Assembly (NCBI GenBank): GCA_964016885.1
Contig: OZ024744.1
Location: 5,952,001 to 6,016,000, forward strand
Direction: 5' to 3'
From: Eledone cirrhosa
Lineage: Eukaryota
Length of the DNA: 64,000 bases
The first letter of the stretch is position 1. Each line of letters opens with the position of its first letter. This document shows positions 10,902 to 21,659 of this stretch, in pieces. Under the pieces are notes generated by a model. That model had not been told where the DNA came from. It saw only the letters and a list, made by a program, of their open reading frames with translations, and searched no databases. The position numbers and the translations under genes are program-made.

Positions 10902-13900
10902 GTATTCAAAAAAAGAAAATGGTTATAAATGGAACAAAACACCCTCTGTCTACACTATATAGAACAGCGGCAATTTCAATTTCACCAACACCAGAAACTT
11001 GATACACTACCTATCCCATCACACTAAATATAATGGCAACTTCACCAGCATCATAATAATAATTACTATTATTATTGTCTCAAATTTAAAAAAATGTTTA
11101 ATTCAAATTTTACGGGAATATGTCAACACAAAATATAATGAAAATATATATTAAACATACGAACACAAACTCATAGATACTATATCAGTAACCACAACAC
11201 CACCGCTGCCACCACCCCACCACATCCATCATCGCCGCCACCACTCATTCAATGCTACTGACACTATTCCCCTGTTAACTTGAGATAGAAAAGGGAAGGT
11301 GGCGGTAGCACTAGACAAGAGAGAGGCTAGCAAAAGATATAAATAGATTGACTTGGTGACCTTGCCACGGACAAACGTCTACATCAACAATTATGGGACT
11401 GCAGGCTCACCCCTTCCTCACCAACAATATAAAAAGCCCCGGCACCACCACCGACATAGCCAGCAGCAATAACAGCCAACTACAACAAAAAGTATATTAT
11501 ATTATTGTAATGCACTGGGTGATTGCTGGCCTTGTGCCTGGAGTGGAGACAATTATTAATAATTTCATTCTTAAGCCACGCAATGCTCACATTAAGGAAC
11601 CACTCATGATAATAACAATTAAAAAAAAACAACAAAAAGAAAACCGCGTGACCAAGAAATACCGGGATGGCGGCCGGCGGGGAATAGCCATGTCTCTAGG
11701 GGAGAACGACCCCTCTAGTCTTGGTTGACACTCGTTCTAGAAGTGGTAACACGAAATGATTACCCCTTGGCGGATAAGGATAAAACGCGACAAAATAAAG
11801 TAGATGTCTAATGATGAAATCTCATACCGGATCGGCCGTCACCCGGGTAAAAAAGGGCCGCGTCCCTCAGAGAGGAACCAGACTGGGGTCGAAAAATCAG
11901 CTAATGGTTCAAACCTTCCCATCACTTCGGAGTTGGAGACCTCCCATAACCGGAATACTCCTACTGTTGGCCCTCTATGCTCACCACCAAGAAATCCAAA
12001 GAAAAAGAGAGAAAAATGGTCAAGGGAAGATAATAAAGAAGTCCTTGAGGCTTTCTACACTGCCATGTACTACCCATCAAATACATCGAATACAGAACAG
12101 ACATATATCAACTGGAAAAAGAAACATCCCGAAAACAGAGGCTATATTGATAGTAACAAACTAGCCAATATACGAAGAAATATTGTAAGAAAAAAGTTAC
12201 TAACTGATATAGAAATTGATCAGATCAAGCTAGTAGCACAAAGTCAGCGAAGGGAAAATGAAGCATGTGTCAGTGAAAACGAAGTAAACTGTAACACTTC
12301 GAATCCCAGGGTTGGGGCGGAATCACTGGCAACAGAACAAATTAAAGAAAGGAGCGAAAAAGTGGAGGGAGTGCATGCTCAGGATGAAACTCCAAATGAA
12401 AATAATGAGATCGTAAATGATAAAGAAATGAATGAGAATGAACTTGCCAACTTGAAGGATGAAATTATGATCGAATGGATGAAAATGAAAGAATCTGACA
12501 TGGGGGAACGAGACACCCTCCCTAAGATCCAGAACTCCAAACAGAACCAAAAGATAATACACCAGACTAACATAATTCTCAAAAACATTATCATCACAAA
12601 CAAACTAAACATTACTGACTTAAATCATCTCTATTATGCATCGGCTAAAGTCACCACTCACTTATGTGGAGTGAAGATGAAAAAACAAAGGAATTCCCAC
12701 AAGAAATCTACTTGGCAAGATAACATCAATCGCCAAATAAACCTTCTCCGATCTGACATAGAAATTTTAACAAACTATAAAGTAGGTGAACATGTTAAAC
12801 AAACTAAACTTAGAAAATTGAAAAAAAAGTACAGTATAAGATCAACATGTGACATAGACATGCTGATAGAAACAATCAAGCAAAAAGTGTCGGCCAAAGC
12901 TGCTCGTATAAGGCGCTTTGAAAAACGATCTAGATTCTATAAGGACAATAATATGTTCAAAAACAACCAAAGAAACTTCTACAGAAAAATTGGTAAGTCA
13001 ACAATAACTGCTAAATCAATACCACCCTAGGAGGAAGTGCAAGAATTCTGGGAAAAGATCTGGGCCGAAGAAAAAGTTCATAACATACATGCCCCATGGA
13101 TAGACAGACAAATGAAAGAAACAGCTCACCTTGAAGAACAAACATGGGAAAATATAACAGTTGAACAGCTGCGCTTGGCTCTAAGAAAAACCAGCAAATG
13201 GAAATCCCCAGGAAAAGACAAAATACAAAACTTTTGGATAAATGCATTCACAGAGTCTCATGAGCTGTTAGCCCAACTTTACAATGAAATAGTTAAGGAG
13301 CCAGAAAAGATACCATCATGGCTAGTTAACGGCATTACATTCCTGCTACTGAAGAATGATGAGACAAACAATCCCAAAAATTACAGACCGATAACCTGCT
13401 TGACCACAATGTATAAAATTTTAACATCAGTCCTAACTGAATACACATATGACCACCTGATAACAAATGACCTATTTCCCATTGAGCAGAAAGGGTGTAA
13501 ACGAGGCTCATATGGCTGTAAGGATCAGCTTCTGGTTAACAAAATGATACTGGAAGATTGTCATAATAGACACAAAAATCTATCGATTGCTTGGATAGAT
13601 TATAAAAAAGCATTTGATAGTTTGCCACACAGTTGGATTGAAAAATGTTTAGAGATTTTCAAAATATCCCCCGTTGTCAGGAGGTTTTTGTCATTCAGTA
13701 TGAGGACATGGAGAACGACACTCCTTTTGAATAGTGAAACAAAATCACTGGAAGCTGGAGAAGTTAACATTAATTGTGGAATTTTTCAGGGTTACTCTTT
13801 ATCACCGCTTTTATTCTGCATCGCACTTATACCATTAAGTAAAATGCTCAATGAAACAAAACATGGATATAGAGTCTATGACAAAACCATTAATCACCTG

Positions 13901-15594
13901 TTCTACATGGATGACCTGAAACTATTTGCAAAAAATGATGAACAATTGCAAGGACTATTATCCACTGTGAAGCAGTTCAGTGATGACATTAAAATGGAGT
14001 TTGGACTGGATAAATTCGCCAAAGCAACGTTCACCAGGGGAAAGCTACTGAAGAGTTCAGACATTAATCTTGATCGGGAGAACGTGATAAGAGAGCTTGA
14101 TCAAGAACAAACTTACAAATATCTAGGTGTTTGTGAAGGAGACGGAATCAAGCACTCGACAATGAGGGAAAGGATAAGGAAGGAATGTTACCGCAGAGTC
14201 AGAGCAATCTTAAGAACGGAATTGAATGCAAGGAATAGGATCGATGCCATAAACACGCTTGCCATACCAGTAGTAACCTACAGTTACAATGTCATCAACT
14301 GGTCAAGCACAGAGATCCGTAGGCTCGATACAAAAATCCGAAAATTCTTAACCATGCACAGAATGCATCACCCTAAGGCAGACATAGATAGAATATATCT
14401 CCCTAGGAAAGAAGGAGGACGTGGGTTAATCCAGTTAGACATTGCGTTGAAAACTGCAACAATTGGATTATCCACATATCTAAGGGAATCACATGATTGG
14501 ATGATCAAACTCGTTTTGAAACACGAAAGCACCAAAAGATCATATTCCATTACAAAAGATGCACAAAGATACAGTAATGGACTACAAATTTCAGAAGTCC
14601 CATTTACTGCTGAAATGGAAAACACAGAAAAAGCAAAGCAGGTAAAAGTAACTGCAAAGAAAGAACTGCTACAGAAACTGGCTAAGAAATGGCAAGAAAA
14701 GCCTCTGTATGGAAAATACCCAGAGCGAGCTAACAATCCTGATGTTGACAAAACTTTAACCCATCAGTGGTTGGCATCCTCTGGACTGAAATCGGAGACT
14801 GAAGGACTGATTATATCCGCACAAGATTAGTGTCTGCCAACAAAAAATTACCAAGCCAACATAATAAAAAATGGGTGCAGCCCATTATGCCGTGTATGCA
14901 AAAAACAACCAGAGACCATTGACCATATAATTTCAATGTGCAGTCCTATAGCTCCAACCGAATACCTAAACAGGCATGACAGAGCTGCACAATACATACA
15001 TTGGATAATGTGTAAGCATTTTGACCTGCCCCATCAAAAGAATTGTTGGGAACATCAACCACCTCCCATACTTGAAAAAGATCACATCTCAATCTTGTGG
15101 AACTTTAGCATCCAAACAGACCGAAAATTAGATGCAAATAGACCTGATATAATATTGAAGGACTTTCAAAGGAGGGTATGCCTGCTAATTGATATGTCTG
15201 TTCCAATAGACAAGAATGTATCTATAAAAACATTTGAAAAATTGAGCAAGTATAAGGACCTGGAGATAGAAATTGGAAAAATGTGGAAATTGAGAACTAA
15301 AACAATACCAGTGGTTGTAGGCGCTCTGGGAATGATACCTAAGGGGTCTAACGACTACTTATCGCAAATCCCAGGAAACCCGCGTATAGGAGAAATACAA
15401 AAGATAGTATTAATGGGAACTGCCCATATACTAAGGAAGATCCTGTCAATATAAGTACATCACAAGTCTAAACACTAAAGATGCATGTGTGAATATGTAT
15501 GTTCTTTCTTGAACATGGCGGACCTTGTTGTCTCTTGAGGTCACTGGTTGTGACTTGGTGGTAACTCGTATAAACATAAAGCAAGATAAATGCA
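10902..15594 (+). mobile_element. R4/Dong-clade RLE non-LTR retrotransposon, family A (copy RA1). The 5' end may extend to about 10698.
   Basis: Single long ORF with RT and a C-terminal CCHC plus PD-(D/E)xK endonuclease. The 3' end runs into (AAT)9. Homologous to 26197-30940 from position 10902 on. Confidence 0.93.
11804..15454 (+). pseudogene. RA1 polyprotein (about 1216 codons in one frame, two premature TAG stops)
   Basis: ORF-track pieces 11804..13030, 13037..14830 and 14936..15454 share one frame. Motifs: KWSREDNKEVLEAFY, WKSPGKD, YRPITCL, DYKKAFDS, HLFYMDDLKLF, CRVC..ETIDHIISMC, RHD, RPDII..LIDMSVP, KLSKY. Confidence 0.93.
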
Positions 15595-15621
15595 AATAAT
15601 AATAATAATAATAATAATAAT
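15595..15621 (+). repeat. (AAT)9 shared by the RA1 3' end and the T3 3' end (tail-to-tail)
   Basis: Read directly. Confidence 0.95.
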
Positions 15622-15864
15622 GTTTTCTTTATTAACCACAAGGGTTCACATAAAGTAGACATTAAGGACAGTACAGGACAATACAGGACGGTACAAATGA
15701 GCATTTCTGCGTGTAAAAAAACAGAGGTTGAAATAAAATAACAAAGAAAAATTCCCCAATAGGGGGGAGACTTCCAAGGGACATTTGTGGAGAAAGCCCA
15801 TTAAAAGACCACAGTGGCCCTGACCACCAGGGCAAGTGCACTCTCCCAGTTTTCCACCTTTAAT

Positions 15865-18800
15865 TTACAGACACATACTCAGAGAAGGCCCATTCATTCG
15901 GGCCATACTTGCTTCTCTCACCCATCTTTCAACAAAATGCTGGGAAGAGAGCACTTCCCTCTCTACCCTGATTTTCCTTTTCAAATGAAATTTGAAAAAG
16001 TTAATCAGGGCATCACCGAAGAGGTAAGTGCTCGTCTTCAGCCCTTTCAAACGTGTCCACCATACTATCTCTTTCGCCATGGCCACCAGACAGATAAAAA
16101 CTGCCTGCCCTTCCAGGCTAAAGGAAGGGGGCGGGGCAATCCTCACGATGGACTCAGCTGATAGCTGGATCCGTCCTACACGTGACAGCAGGTGTTCGAC
16201 ATAAACCCACAAGTCAGCAATGCTCGGACACTGGACGAGTGCGTGCAGGACGGTTTCGTCGCCCTGCGCGCATCTCGGACATGCCCGGCTGACGGCACCT
16301 CCATGCCTGTAGAGTTTATCCCGAACTGGCAAAGCTCCTCGGTAGCACTGCCAGGCCAGGGATTTCTGGAAGTGGTCCATAGGCCCCGGCCCGAAAGTCC
16401 TTCCGAAGAGATTGGCTAGTTGATTTTCGTCGACGCCTAGAGTTTCTCCAAGTACGTCGTCGCTCTTCCCCTCCACTAATCCCCTATAGAACGCCAAGGT
16501 GGAGTTTCCACCGATCACATTGCCCGATTGGTCGAGGGCTGTGAGCGCCAGAAGACATTCCAGTCTCCAAGCGCTCCCTCTCGGTCTTCGCTTGACCCAG
16601 GACTGCAGCTCCGTCAAGGAGACGAGCTGGGGAAAAACGTGTCTTGCAAACGGCGACCACACCTGATCACCGTCGAGGAAGAGGTGGAGATGTCGTAGCC
16701 TGAGCGCGTGTCTGCGCATCATCAGCCACGGCATGCCCAGCCCTCCACGTAGCGGGTGTTGACAGCAGATGGACCGCCTGACCATCGGAGCGCGTCCCTT
16801 CCACAAGAAGCGAAAGAGCAAACGCTCCAGCGCAGTCAGGCGGGGCTTAGGACAAGGTACGACGGTCAGGCGGTAGTAGATGACGGATGCGATGTACGCA
16901 TTCGCCACCTCCGCTCGACCTTTCAGGGATAGCTTCCTCTCGGCCCATTTCTGGGTGAGAGAAGCCACCCTGCTCGTCACCTCGTCCCAGTTTTTGTCCG
17001 TCTGGAGGTCTGGACCGAACCAGACCCCTAGCAATTTAACCGGTTCGTCCGTCCAGCGCCCGACGACGCTGTTGGACGGCATGGACCTGCCTCTCCAGGT
17101 GCCGAGCTGCAGGCCCACTGACTGTTCTTGGTTGATCATTGCTCCTGTCACCGCTTCGTATTCTCTTAGTGTAGTGCCGATCGCCTCGATGTGTTTGGCG
17201 TTTGACACCACTACGGTGAGATCGTCGGTATATGCTGACACGGATCTTCCGCATCCTAGTTCGCGCGGGACCCCCCTCAACGTCTCCAGTTTGTGCAGTA
17301 ATGGCTCGAGAGTCAATACGTACAATAGGGACGAGAGGGGACATCCTTGGCGGACCGAGCGCATGATGTTGAACGGTTCCGAAAGGTGACCGTTCACTCT
17401 CACTACAGAGCAGATGTCGCTGTGCATGGCAGCGATCCAGCCTCTGAAGACTGGCCCAAAGCCAGCCGCCCTCAGGACTGCCGTTAGGTAACGATGGTCG
17501 ACCCTATCGAAGTCTTTCGACTGATCTAAATTGATCAAAGACCCACCCGTGCCAGGTTCCCTAGCTACCCTCTCTACGATGTATCGCATGAGGTGGAGGT
17601 TGTCGTGGATGGATCTGTCGGGAATGGCGCATGTCTGTGCCTCTTCCACCAGACCACCAACGACAAGCGCCAACCTCTTTGCTAGCACCTTGGCCAAAAT
17701 CTTGAACTCTGTGTTTAGCAGAGTTATGGGCCTAAAATTATCTATGTTATCCCCCTTGTTCGGATCCTTTCTCAGCAGCGCCACCGCTCCTCGGCTCACA
17801 GAGCTGGGAATTCTCCCATTCTGTTGCCAGTTGCAGTAGACGTCCGCCAAGAGGCCTCCGAACAAGTTTGGCATTTGTACGTAAAGTTCATAGGGCAGAC
17901 CATCCAAACCAGGCGATTTACCCCTTGTGCAACTAGTCATTGCATCCCGTACTTCAGCGGTTGTTATCGGCTTTTCGCAACACTCCGCCTCAGTGGCCGA
18001 AAGCCGCGGCAGTCCGTCGAGGTAGACACTAAAGTCCATCCCTCGATCCGGCCCGCCACTGCCCCCGAACAGTTGAGCGAAGTGTCGCTGAAAAGCTTCA
18101 CACATTTGCCCGGGATCGAGTAGCATGCGCCCGTCGTGGTCCACCAAAGACCGGATCGTGGCTTTGTTGCCACGACGCGCCTCCGCCACTCGGGCCCATT
18201 GAACGGCTTTCGTCCCCTCGTGTCTGAGAGCACGCACCCTAGCTCTGACAACGCAGCCTTCGTGCTTTGCATTGAAGAATTGGTCAAGGGCCAATTTCGC
18301 CGCAAGTACGTCGGTCGCGATGCCTTTGCTAAGCGCCTCATCTAATTTTCTAACTAATTCTCCCTCTGCTCTATTTTTCTCTATTGCTAAAGTCTTACTA
18401 AACCTAATGGACTCTATTCTAATTGCTCTTTTCAGAGCAAACCACCACTTGTTGTTGACGATGGCCCCCGTCAACGCCCGCTTAACTAGTTCGCTAATCC
18501 GGTCTCTGTAGGCCTTGCGCGCTGGTAAGGACGCGTTTAGCTTCCAGTAGCCGGGTCCTCGTCTATGATGCCTATCTAAGTCAAGCACACAGATCACGAA
18601 TTTGTGGTCCGTGTAGCTGACTATCTTGAATTGTGGACAGCCTATGCTAGACCTATCTATTTCCCTACAAAATACTCTATCTAGATATGATCTGGATGAA
18701 CCTATGCGATTAGTCCAAGTCCACATTGGTACATTCGGGAAATCCATTCGGTACCTGTCAGACAGTTCAAAACGTCTGAGCAGGTTGGTGAGACTCTTGC

Positions 18801-19284
18801 ACCCTTCTTCCCTATCCACTAATCCCACACAATCCCAGCGTGCATCTAAGATCCCGTTCCAGTCGCCCACTAACACTAAAGACCGGGACGTTCCAAGAAA
18901 GGTCTCCAGACGCCGGAAGAAATCAGGCCGCCCTGCTCCTGTCGGGGCATAGACGGCGACTAACCTGAAAGCTTGCCCGTCTCCGCTGGTCACGTCCAGC
19001 ACCACCAACTTACCTTCTGGGTCCAGGAAGATGGCCCGTATGGCAAGATCCAAACCTCTCCGAAAAAGCACAGCAACTCCTCCCCCCGATCCCGGACGGC
19101 TGGGAGATGCGTACACATCGTAGCCGCCGAAGATCGGTGCGAAAGCCTGTGCTTCGGAGATTCTGGTCTCGCTGATGGCCACTACATCTATGTTTAGTGA
19201 CCTGAGGTCGTTGAGCAGGTGGCCCTGCTTCCATGACGACCCCAAGCCACGCGCATTTATTGTGCCTATTCTGAGTGCGGTCAT
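15865..19284 (-). CDS. ORF2 polyprotein, 1139 aa: APE endonuclease, reverse transcriptase, C-terminal CxxC...H...C motif
   Basis: Motifs: TINARG, ISETR, VYAP, VGDWN, YLDR, TDHK; KSPGLDG, FRPITLLN, RQGCPLS, YTDD (YADD variant); CPRC..ETVLHALVQC. Confidence 0.93.
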   Translation of the reverse strand: MTALRIGTINARGLGSSWKQGHLLNDLRSLNIDVVAISETRISEAQAFAPIFGGYDVYASPSRPGSGGGVAVLFRRGLDLAIRAIFLDPEGKLVVLDVTSGDGQAFRLVAVYAPTGAGRPDFFRRLETFLGTSRSLVLVGDWNGILDARWDCVGLVDREEGCKSLTNLLRRFELSDRYRMDFPNVPMWTWTNRIGSSRSYLDRVFCREIDRSSIGCPQFKIVSYTDHKFVICVLDLDRHHRRGPGYWKLNASLPARKAYRDRISELVKRALTGAIVNNKWWFALKRAIRIESIRFSKTLAIEKNRAEGELVRKLDEALSKGIATDVLAAKLALDQFFNAKHEGCVVRARVRALRHEGTKAVQWARVAEARRGNKATIRSLVDHDGRMLLDPGQMCEAFQRHFAQLFGGSGGPDRGMDFSVYLDGLPRLSATEAECCEKPITTAEVRDAMTSCTRGKSPGLDGLPYELYVQMPNLFGGLLADVYCNWQQNGRIPSSVSRGAVALLRKDPNKGDNIDNFRPITLLNTEFKILAKVLAKRLALVVGGLVEEAQTCAIPDRSIHDNLHLMRYIVERVAREPGTGGSLINLDQSKDFDRVDHRYLTAVLRAAGFGPVFRGWIAAMHSDICSVVRVNGHLSEPFNIMRSVRQGCPLSSLLYVLTLEPLLHKLETLRGVPRELGCGRSVSAYTDDLTVVVSNAKHIEAIGTTLREYEAVTGAMINQEQSVGLQLGTWRGRSMPSNSVVGRWTDEPVKLLGVWFGPDLQTDKNWDEVTSRVASLTQKWAERKLSLKGRAEVANAYIASVIYYRLTVVPCPKPRLTALERLLFRFLWKGRAPMVRRSICCQHPLRGGLGMPWLMMRRHALRLRHLHLFLDGDQVWSPFARHVFPQLVSLTELQSWVKRRPRGSAWRLECLLALTALDQSGNVIGGNSTLAFYRGLVEGKSDDVLGETLGVDENQLANLFGRTFGPGPMDHFQKSLAWQCYRGALPVRDKLYRHGGAVSRACPRCAQGDETVLHALVQCPSIADLWVYVEHLLSRVGRIQLSAESIVRIAPPPSFSLEGQAVFICLVAMAKEIVWWTRLKGLKTSTYLFGDALINFFKFHLKRKIRVEREVLSSQHFVERWVREASMARMNGPSLSMCL

Positions 19285-19318
19285 GTTGAAAAGGAGTGGA
19301 AAAGATGGGAAAGACCAC

Positions 19319-21305
19319 TTACCTTACTTCTCGTAGGGGAAGGACGGCTTTTCCATCCTTTTCACTGCTTGTGGCCTCCTCAGGAAGGATGTCCTTATAA
19401 ATCCTCCTGGAGAGTGCTTGTCGGAAGTCTCCGATGTCTTTGGGGAATTTTTGTTTTAGTGTCATGTACGTTTTCTGTGTGATGCGAGTGATTTGTATGT
19501 GTGGAGGTGGTGTGAATTTTGGGGTTGTTGTGTAGTCTTTTTCTGTGATGCTGGTGTTGTGTTGGATGTAGTGTAATAATTGCTTGTTGTTCAAATTTAA
19601 TGCTGTGTAGTGTGTATCGTTTTGGTTGTTTTGTTTTGTTTGCGTTTGTTGTGGGTTTGTTTCTGTTTCGCATTTTGGTGACTTTTGTGGTGTAGGTGAT
19701 GGTGGTGTTGGAGTTAATGATGGTGATGGTGTTGGTGTTTGGGTTGATGGGGTTGGTGATGCTGGTGTGGATGGTGGCATATCTGTCCTAACTTTTTTGT
19801 TTCTTAGTTTATTTGTTTCCCTCTGTATTTTGTTTTTGGAGGGGGAAGGAAGAGAATTTTTTCTTTTTTGGTTTCTTTTTTTTTTTCCGGATATCGTTTC
19901 CCACTCCTCGTCATCACAATCTGTCTCCAGTTGTGATAGGCCGGGGAGTGGAAAATCCTCCACAGCCGTTAGTTTTGGTTGTGGTGTGGTGGATGGTGTA
20001 GGCGCTGGTGCTAGTTCTGAAGCGTTGGGTGGTGGTGGTGTTGGTTTTGCTGGTGGTGGTAGTGGTGTTGGTTTTGCTACTGTTGCTGGGGTTGTTGCTG
20101 TTATAGTTGCTTCTGTTGTTGCTGCTACAGTTGTTGCTGCCATCTCTACTACTGGTGGTGTTGATGGTTGTGTCACTGGGGTGGGTAGGAGAGGTGGCCT
20201 CAACCTTTTAGCCTGAGGGCAGAAAGCCCTTAGGTGGGTTCCTTCACCACAAACGACACACCTAGGTCTTCTGCCCTCGACAATTACCGTGAGGTGGCTG
20301 CCGTCAGTGAGGTCTATTACCTCTGGGATCTCCTCAATGCTTTTTTGGTCTGCTTGGATCAGGAGCTCCATCCCAGATCCGGACCAGTTTTCCTGCTTTT
20401 CTTTTGCTATTGTTATTATTTTCGTGTTGGCCTCGATGCCGGCGAGGACAGCCGCTATTAGCCAGGGAATTTCGATGGCCGGTGGAACGTGGGTCACCCT
20501 GATCTTTACGAGTCTCTGGCCACAATAGCTTGGGACGAGTGTGAAGTCGTCACTTTTTAATGGGGCCACGGAGTGTTCTCTAGCCTCCTCTGGTGTTTCA
20601 AAGAACACATCCACGGTTCCATACTTTTGCCCACGTCTGATGTGGGTTTTTCTTGCCCACACATGTCCCAAAGCTTTTTGGATTTGGGACTCGGATGCCC
20701 GTTCCACTCGGCGCGATTTTACATTTATTTTTCTATACGACACGGTGCATAGGCGCCGATGCTCCATTTTATTAGGTGGGGGGGGGGTGAGGCTTACCCT
20801 GTACCCATCTTTCTTTACCATTTGTTTGGCATTTTCTAAATCTTCTTGAGTTACGGTAAATGCTTCGAATTGTTTTGCTACTCTGGCGAAACTGAGGGGG
20901 GGGGTTTATAATGTCATTGTTGTTGTTGTTGCTATCGTTAATATTAATTTTAGTTTCAGTTGTGGTGGTGACGTCAGTCGTCTTTGGTGGGGAAGAGTCC
21001 ATTTTGATTGATTTCATTTCGACATCACGAGTTAATTTATTTTTTTCTTCTTTTGTTTCTGTTGTCGCGGTGGTGATGGTGGTGGTGGTTGTCGCGGTGG
21101 TGGTGGTGGTGGAGGCTTTAACACCTGCAGTCATTGGTAATGGCGGGAAATGAATGTCTGCCTGAGACAAATTTAAAATATTGCTACTGCTTATATTTTT
21201 TTTTGTGTTGGCAAACGTAGTAACATTTACAATGGTGGTGTCGGTGTGAGGTGTTATTTTGTGAGGAAGACTTTCAGCTGCTTCGTGCAGAGGTGAAGTA
21301 GCCAT
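19319..21305 (-). pseudogene. T3 ORF1 (gag-like, CCHC knuckle, Pro/Thr-rich region), split by one frameshift at a homopolymer near 20900
   Basis: ORFs 20772..21305 and 19319..20821. Shifting frame at the C-run restores SFARVAKQFEAFTVTQEDLENAKQMV, matching T2 SFAGIAKNLETILITNEELDEAKKMV. Knuckle CVVCGEGTHLRAFC. Confidence 0.85.
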
Positions 21306-21514
21306 TTTTTTTCAAAGAAATTTTTTGATAATAATAAAAGTTAAAATTTTGGGCACAAGGCCCCAATCTTTTTAGGTGTCCTTTTCGGAAAACAATGTAT
21401 GTGTGCTTATAAACAGTTAACAATAAAATTTTCCATAAATGGCAATTTTTAAACAAACGGAAATAACAAACCTTTGCGGAGCTCACGATAATACGATTTC
21501 CTACGTAGGTCGCC

Positions 21515-21553
<39 letters not shown>
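21515..21553 (+). repeat. (AAT)13 between the T3 5' end and R4 family B (head-to-head)
   Basis: Read directly. Confidence 0.95.
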
Positions 21554-21659
21554 TGTGCAAAGTAAACAATTTACCACATTCTGAGAAATGGTATGAGCAT
21601 AGGCCAGAGGCGGTGATGGAGAACAATCAGGTGAAGGTGCTGTGGGATTTTAGGATACA
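21554..21659 (+). mobile_element. Internal RLE-region fragment of R4 family B fused to the 5' end of RB1
   Basis: Encodes CKVNNLPHSEKWYEHRPEAVMENNQVKVLWDFRIQ and is nearly identical to about 25641-25746. Confidence 0.9.

Larger units (their letters stand above)
15622..21514 (-). mobile_element. L1/Tx1-clade element, family 3 (copy T3), full length and nearly intact
   Basis: (AAT)n at both ends, about 210 nt 5' UTR, ORF1, a 34-nt spacer, uninterrupted ORF2, and a 3' UTR ending AATAAAGAAAAC(ATT)n. Confidence 0.95.

Noticed and set aside
11393-11728. Conserved upstream ORF in R4 family A (also 26736..26966)
   Set aside because: The similarity is explained by copy identity. Lengths differ through an A-run indel and there are no recognisable motifs.
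1405-19197. Recurrent antisense ORFs within Tx1 ORF2 (e.g. 1405..1740, 5887..6240, 16880..17389)
   Set aside because: They are shadow ORFs of a GC-rich coding strand with variable ends between copies, and there is no independent evidence for them.
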